DNA of 11,780 nucleotides from Tolypothrix carrinoi HA7290-LM1 (GTDB lineage Bacteria; Cyanobacteriota; Cyanobacteriia; Cyanobacteriales; Nostocaceae), in assembly GCA_019358935.1 (NCBI GenBank), contig JAHHIK010000170.1:1-11780 (forward strand), read 5' to 3'. Both the position numbers and the translations under genes were made by a program. This document shows positions 7,300-11,780 of the stretch, piece by piece. Every line of letters starts with the position of its first letter. Position 1 is the stretch's first letter. A model generated the notes under the pieces. It was not told the origin of the DNA. It saw only the letters and a list, made by a program, of their open reading frames with translations, and did not search any database.

Positions 7300-7440
7300 T
7301 TCGTAGTGAGCCAGCGCGGTCTTCTCCCAAAGGGAGAGGCTAGCGCCAAGGGGGTTTCCCCCATGAGCGACTGGCGAGGAGCGAAGGGTGAGCGGTTTAC
7401 CGCTCATATCAAAGTTTTAAGGGATACCGCTTACTACAAA
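7300..7440. mobile_element. Nested small repeat elements (GTAG-REP-like host with two internal insertions)
   Basis: Outer TTCGTAGTGAGC...ACCGCTTACTACAAA inverted ends. GTGAGC is directly repeated at 7306-7311 and 7388-7393. Internal hairpins TCTCCC-aaa-GGGAGA and GGGGG-ttt-CCCCC. Confidence 0.65.
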
Positions 7441-7491
7441 ATTCCGTTTATTTATGCCCATCTACTTATTTCAAATTGCTAATCTACTTTA

Positions 7492-7869
7492 TTACTCAGA
7501 TTTGCTGTTCGTTTGTTGCATGTAACTTAACAACCAATTTGCCGCCGTCGCCCTGCGAGTTTGTCGAGGTCCAAATTCACCGATTTTATAACCTTTAAAA
7601 CCTAATTGTTCTTTCAGCAATTGTTTATTTTCCGCAGGAATGGAACGAGTCAATTTGACTGTTGGGGGGCGATTTTCAATAAAATCTGGCGGTTCTGGGT
7701 ACTCATTCCGCCATTCTGGTAACACTTTGCTAGTGTCCCATTGTCCGGTTGTTTCGTCGTAGCGATAGCCTAAGTAATGCCATACCAATTTGTTAACTAT
7801 GGCATCATCAATTTCTTCATTAAGAATTGCCCAAATGGTTTCGGTATTGAGTGGAGGCAGGTTAGACAT
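7492..7869 (-). CDS. Conserved cyanobacterial hypothetical protein, DUF1823-like
   Basis: 125 aa. LVWHYLGYRY, PEPPDFI, KLTRSIP..KQLLKE.LGFKGY and PRQTRRATAANWLL match my recollection of DUF1823. Confidence 0.8.
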   Translation of the reverse strand: MSNLPPLNTETIWAILNEEIDDAIVNKLVWHYLGYRYDETTGQWDTSKVLPEWRNEYPEPPDFIENRPPTVKLTRSIPAENKQLLKEQLGFKGYKIGEFGPRQTRRATAANWLLSYMQQTNSKSE

Positions 7870-7886
7870 AAGGAAAACGAAAAATA

Positions 7887-7928
7887 GTTAGTTGTTAGTT
7901 GTTAGTTGTTAGTTGTTAGTTGTTAGTT
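7887..7928. repeat. STRR-type heptamer tandem repeat (GTTAGTT)x6
   Basis: Six perfect copies, 17 bp upstream of the DUF1823-like start codon. Confidence 0.95.
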
Positions 7929-8003
7929 GATACTGGCGATAAAAAACTAGATATTATGTCAATAAAGCAGGTAAACTGGATATCGTCAAGAGTATGTTAT
8001 CCA

Positions 8004-8306
8004 ATGGAAAGTCTTACAGCATCGCCGCAAATCTGCGCCCACGTATTTATTACGGGAAGAGTTCAAGGAGTAGGTTATCGCTACGCCACTGTCGATACAG
8101 CCACCCAGTTGGGATTGCACGGCTGGGTGCGAAATCTCCCCGACAATCGCGTGGAAGCCGTCTTTGAGGGAGCGGAGAATGTTGTAGAAGAGATGATTCG
8201 CTGGTGTCATTCTGGACCACCTGCTGCTATGGTTCAAGCTGTAGTGGTTGAGTATGAAGAACCGAAAGGATTGCAGGGATTTGAAGTTAGGCGTTTTTCA
8301 ATGTAA
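8004..8306 (+). CDS. acyP: Acylphosphatase
   Basis: GRVQGVGYR and GWVRNLPD.RVE motifs, and GPPAA.V. The likely start is ATG 8004 (100 aa); the longer ORF begins inside the heptamer repeat. Confidence 0.93.
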   Translation: MESLTASPQICAHVFITGRVQGVGYRYATVDTATQLGLHGWVRNLPDNRVEAVFEGAENVVEEMIRWCHSGPPAAMVQAVVVEYEEPKGLQGFEVRRFSM

Positions 8307-8426
8307 AAGTTAAAGTATTTGTATATTTAAACACTAAACTTTTTGCACAAATATTTTTTATCTCACTTCTAGGCATTGATATTTTTTTAAGTCAGAAATG
8401 AGCGCGATCAACAAAGTCGCTTATTT

Positions 8427-8451
8427 GCGGTAATTCATGAATTACCGCTAC
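8427..8451. repeat. GTAG-type REP-like palindrome between convergent acyP and pxcA
   Basis: Perfect 22-bp palindrome GCGGTAATTCATGAATTACCGC (8427-8448). On the minus strand it starts with GTAG. Confidence 0.75.
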
Positions 8452-8485
8452 GGAATAATGTGCCTTACAATTCTTTTTGCGCTCA

Positions 8486-9814
8486 TTACTCGTCCATTTC
8501 TTTCAAAGTAGCTAATGCTGACGGAGATAAACGACTGAGATAGCGGAATATCCAATATTTAAATATCGTGTCTAAAATCACAGGAAATGTAGCGATAAAT
8601 AAAAATATTGCGCTTCTATTTGCTGGTAAACCTAAATGTTCTGATAATCCTTCTAGAATAACTTCCCACCCATGTGGTGAGTGGAATCCCACAAATATAT
8701 CTGTGAATAAAATAATTAAAAAAGCTTTAGCACTATCACTCAAACCATAAACAATTTCATCCATAAAAGACTTGACTATTACAATTTCCCTTTTACTTGT
8801 AGCGATGACTACGCCAAAAGCGATTAGTGATATCAAATCAGCAAAAACATTGCTAATGGCATTATTGCTTTTACCAATAAATTCTTCGGCAAGTTCAAGT
8901 GCTTTATTTTTGACTTTTTCTTCTATCGCTTCGGAAGAAAGCAGCGGTGCTTCATGAATTAGATTGTTAAATCTCAGTTCTCGTTCAAAAATCTTTAATT
9001 CTTGGAGTGCTTCTTCTTCCATTTCCGAGTTCAGAAAAATTTCCGGTGTATTTTCGCCTCTAACGCGCTCTAATATAGGACTTATTATTAACTGTTTAGA
9101 TAATATTTGCGTTAAAAGCGGTACAAGAACTAGCATTGCCAAAAATTTTACAGCCGTTCTTGTTCTCTTTCTAGAAACTCGGTAATCTTTAACAAATTGC
9201 TGCTCTGATTGCGGATTAAAATCACTTTTGATTTTATTAATTGTTCTGCCAATTGACCTAGGTAAAAATCCGGTTTTTTTCATGACAGGTTGAACTTTTT
9301 TAACTTCTTCAGGAGATGAATCTGGTTGCTTTTTCACTTTGTCACTCCTAATTTGTAGTGGTTGAATGGGAGCTATGGTGCTAGATGTTTGCGGATATAC
9401 TAGTCGATGTTGCGCGTCTACGCTAACTACTTCATCTTCGCTGCTATATTTAGCTATCACCTCATCAATAAAATTTAGCTTTTCTAAAAAAACGGGATTA
9501 GAGGTATTTGTAATAGAACGCGCCAAGCGAAATTCAGCTAACTTCGCTTTGATAATAGTTAAGTTTTTATTTAGATAAACTTGCCAGTAAGACATTACAT
9601 TGTCGGTATAATTTACTGACTCCGGAGATATTTTTTTGTTGCCAAAGTGTTCTAATTCGATGTTTTTAATTATCTGAGCCGCTTGATAAGCCTCTTCTAG
9701 CGCTCTTTCTGGTGTATTTACTAACCATTTATGACTGGAGTCCCAGGAATTTTTAACTTTTTCTCGGAGAAAATTTGTGTGTTTAGTGAAAAATGAAGAC
9801 TTCATCGCAGACAT
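8486..9814 (-). CDS. pxcA: Proton extrusion protein PxcA (CemA/CotA/Ycf10 family)
   Basis: 442 aa. TPERALEEAY N-terminal motif, LPRSIGRT, and the CemA C-terminus GLSDSAKAFLIILFTDIFVGFHSPHGWE and FIATFPVILDTIFKYWIFRYL. The start could alternatively be ATG 9805. Confidence 0.96.
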   Translation of the reverse strand: MSAMKSSFFTKHTNFLREKVKNSWDSSHKWLVNTPERALEEAYQAAQIIKNIELEHFGNKKISPESVNYTDNVMSYWQVYLNKNLTIIKAKLAEFRLARSITNTSNPVFLEKLNFIDEVIAKYSSEDEVVSVDAQHRLVYPQTSSTIAPIQPLQIRSDKVKKQPDSSPEEVKKVQPVMKKTGFLPRSIGRTINKIKSDFNPQSEQQFVKDYRVSRKRTRTAVKFLAMLVLVPLLTQILSKQLIISPILERVRGENTPEIFLNSEMEEEALQELKIFERELRFNNLIHEAPLLSSEAIEEKVKNKALELAEEFIGKSNNAISNVFADLISLIAFGVVIATSKREIVIVKSFMDEIVYGLSDSAKAFLIILFTDIFVGFHSPHGWEVILEGLSEHLGLPANRSAIFLFIATFPVILDTIFKYWIFRYLSRLSPSALATLKEMDE

Positions 9815-9863
9815 AATATTATCTGTAGATTTAGCTGTTGTTATTTATATTAATTCAAAATTG

Positions 9864-9912
9864 ATAATGGCTAATGAGTAATTGATCCAAATCATTGCTC
9901 ATTAGCCATTAT
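9864..9912. other. Intergenic stem-loop between carbonic anhydrase and pxcA
   Basis: Perfect 15-bp inverted repeat ATAATGGCTAATGAG (9864-9878) / CTCATTAGCCATTAT (9898-9912). Confidence 0.75.
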
Positions 9913-9929
9913 GCATTAAATATTATAGA

Positions 9930-10604
9930 CTATTCTAAGTGTACACCGATTAAAGGGTTAGGTACAGGGAAAGGGCGATTTTCAATAATTTTAAATTTAC
10001 CTGTGTTAGCGTCGTAGGCAAAGACTTCTCCGGTCTCAATCTCATAAATCCAAGCGTGGAGAGTAAGTTTACCGCCATGAAGTCTAGAGCGAATAACTGG
10101 GTAAGTCTCTAGATTTTCTATCTGCGTCAGCACATTCTGCTCAATTGTTATCTTTAAAAGTTTATCTCCGGAACAATGTTGATAGTTATCTAAGACCAGA
10201 CGCCGAGTTGCTTCACCATGATGCTTCAGCCAATCGTAAACTAAAGGCATCTGTTGAGCAAGATTACCTATTTGCAATAGTCCTTTCATCGCTCCGCAGT
10301 GAGAATGACCGCAGATAACAATGTCTTTGATATTCAAAGTTTGAACGGCATATTCTATACCAGCGGCTTCGGCACTATTTGAGATTCCATAAGCTGGTAT
10401 CATATTACCGATATTACGGATAACAAATAATTCACCAGGTTGACTTTGAGTGATTAAACACGGGTCAATGCGTGAGTCGGAACAAGTGATAAATAAAACT
10501 TCCGGACTTTGACCGTGAGATAAATGCTCAAACATTTCACGGTGCGTGATGAAATAATTATCATGAAAATCGTTCAGTCCGGCAATTATTCTTTTTAGTG
10601 GCAC
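9930..10604 (-). CDS. Beta-class carbonic anhydrase (CynT/CcaA-like, no long C-terminal tail)
   Basis: 224 aa. Zn ligands in CSDSR and CGHSHCG, plus GQSPEVLFI, PGELFVIRNIGN, IEYAV and LHAWIY.IETG. GTG start with GAGG RBS. Confidence 0.95.
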   Translation of the reverse strand: MPLKRIIAGLNDFHDNYFITHREMFEHLSHGQSPEVLFITCSDSRIDPCLITQSQPGELFVIRNIGNMIPAYGISNSAEAAGIEYAVQTLNIKDIVICGHSHCGAMKGLLQIGNLAQQMPLVYDWLKHHGEATRRLVLDNYQHCSGDKLLKITIEQNVLTQIENLETYPVIRSRLHGGKLTLHAWIYEIETGEVFAYDANTGKFKIIENRPFPVPNPLIGVHLE

Positions 10605-11073
10605 GGTTGAATTACCTCAATAAATATGTGTTCAGTCTAATCATTTATCAGATAGAATTATTTTTCCTGATAAAAAATATCAACTTTTAAAGAAAGAAAA
10701 ACTTTGATAAAAATTGCCAGCATTCCTAAAAAGAAAAAAAGCACTGGCGGATTCAATATATTGGACAATATCAGGCTCGAATTCATGTCTGATAACCCCG
10801 ATGTCTGCAAAGAACAATGAAAAACACAAGCGATCGCTAATTTTGTAACAAATAGTTAACTTCATCGCCCAATATATTTGAATTTTGTGAAGATAGTATG
10901 AAAATCATGTGTCAATGTTGTGACACAAACCTCAAACCTCTCGGTGGTAAAGTTATTCGGTTCATAATGCCTGAACAAATTAGGCAAAAATTTAACTACT
11001 TATTGTAACTATTGTCAAGCAATAATAATTTATCCTCAGTTATGTATTAAATTAAAAAATAAGCGCCACTTTC

Positions 11074-11466
11074 CTAGTATATATTTAAGTACTCGCTGTG
11101 ATTTTGGCGATCGCTGCTGTTACCGACAATAAAAGGAATCAGAGCAACGCGCAGTAATGAGTTATCCTGCTTAACTATAACCAGCGTTTCTCCGGCGTCC
11201 GTTGGTATGGGAGTTGGAACTACAAACGATAAATTGCGCGATCGCAAGTACGCTAGCAATGAATGTTCGTAATTTATTTGTGCAGTAGTTATAGAATCGT
11301 TGTATAATTTTAAAACGTATTTTCCTGCTTGTGTCTCTACAAAAAAGGTTGTGTTGACTGTACCTTGATTTGTTGGTTGAACTTTTAAGATTTCTAGAAA
11401 TGACCACGAATTAAGAAGAGCGATCGCATCTTCTTTAGATAACTGTGAGTGTTGAGAATTTCCCAT
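11074..11466 (-). pseudogene. Truncated APH/homoserine kinase type II-like phosphotransferase (N-lobe only)
   Basis: QGTVNTTFFVET..GKYVLKLY, YEHSLLAYL, VPTPIPT..GE and ALIPFIVG match the APH N-lobe. The ORF stops at 130 aa with no HGD..N or D(F/W) catalytic motifs and is followed by AT-rich noncoding DNA. Confidence 0.65.
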
Positions 11467-11522
11467 GAGTAAATAAAGTGGGTTGGGATGTTTTTAGTAC
11501 AAGCACAAATATTTTTATCTCA

Positions 11523-11546
11523 CGCAAAGGCGCAAAGGCGCAAAGG
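11523..11546. repeat. 8-bp tandem repeat (CGCAAAGG)x3
   Basis: Three perfect copies. Confidence 0.85.
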
Positions 11547-11599
11547 AAGAAACAAAAGTGTGGTCTAAATACATGAAAATTACTGTAAAATCAAGAAAG

Positions 11600-11638
11600 C
11601 TCTGCGTACCTCTGCGATTACTCAGCGCTCCTCTGCGT
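11600..11638. repeat. Degenerate CTCTGCG-type short repeats
   Basis: CTCTGCG-tac-CTCTGCG-atta-CTCAGCG-ctc-CTCTGCG; a typical Nostocales intergenic repeat. Confidence 0.8.
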
Positions 11639-11719
11639 TTAAATTAGATTTATCCATCTATCTTTCCGCAAGGGTACTCCCGCCACACCGGAACAGTTGG
11701 CGGCGATGGGGAATTGCGG

Positions 11720-11754
11720 AGTAATTAAGGGGGTTCGATACCCCCTTAATTACT
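11720..11754. repeat. Perfect 15-bp inverted repeat (possible small inserted element)
   Basis: AGTAATTAAGGGGGT-tcgat-ACCCCCTTAATTACT, with GGA at 11718-11720 and again at 11756-11758. Confidence 0.75.
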
Positions 11755-11780
11755 GGGACTGTTTTGATTCTCAACATAAG

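Noticed and set aside
7920..8003. N-terminal extension of acylphosphatase
   Set aside because: It starts at a TTG inside the heptamer repeat; acylphosphatases are about 90-100 aa.
7986..9578. ORFs antisense to acyP and pxcA (7986..8237, 8568..8750, 8772..8957, 8964..9185, 9366..9578)
   Set aside because: Shadow ORFs without independent evidence.
10680..10865. 61-aa ORF as a leader peptide or continuation of the kinase fragment
   Set aside because: It has no APH catalytic motifs or clear RBS, and its Phe-rich composition reflects A-tracts. It is probably promoter DNA, though a small protein cannot be fully excluded.
11171..11407. 78-aa alternate-frame ORF
   Set aside because: It overlaps the kinase-like frame on the same strand and has no motif.
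11655..11780. SAM-I riboswitch or tRNA (GAAAGAT end on the minus strand; GGTTCGAT in the hairpin loop)
   Set aside because: It lacks the SAM-I P1 ATC..GAG, kink-turn and GCAACC core. The GGTTCGA lies in a simple 15-bp hairpin with no cloverleaf.

Overview
AT-rich cyanobacterial chromosomal segment, most likely from a heterocyst-forming (Nostocales-type) strain: it has nine HIP1 octamers GCGATCGC, heptamer tandem repeats and small dispersed palindromic repeats. It carries the second cyanophycin cluster (cphB2-like cyanophycinase and a 67-aa hypothetical on the minus strand, divergent from the short synthetase cphA2) with an NtcA-type promoter. Next come a class I-alpha DAHP synthase, a CBM48-GH13 glycosidase, a DUF1823-like protein, acylphosphatase, a co-oriented beta-carbonic anhydrase + pxcA pair, and an N-terminal fragment of an APH/homoserine-kinase-type phosphotransferase. 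The coding content is mostly known families and I cannot demonstrate a wholly new system. The best leads are: (i) the non-carboxysomal-looking beta-CA/PxcA module with repeated upstream operator-like dyads; (ii) the small gene embedded in the cph2 cluster; (iii) nested miniature mobile elements, one splitting a HIP1 site and one three layers deep; (iv) a 21-bp hairpin tandem array grading into HIP1; and (v) a structured or interrupted region at the right edge. All family calls come from motif recognition by eye; no database search was run.
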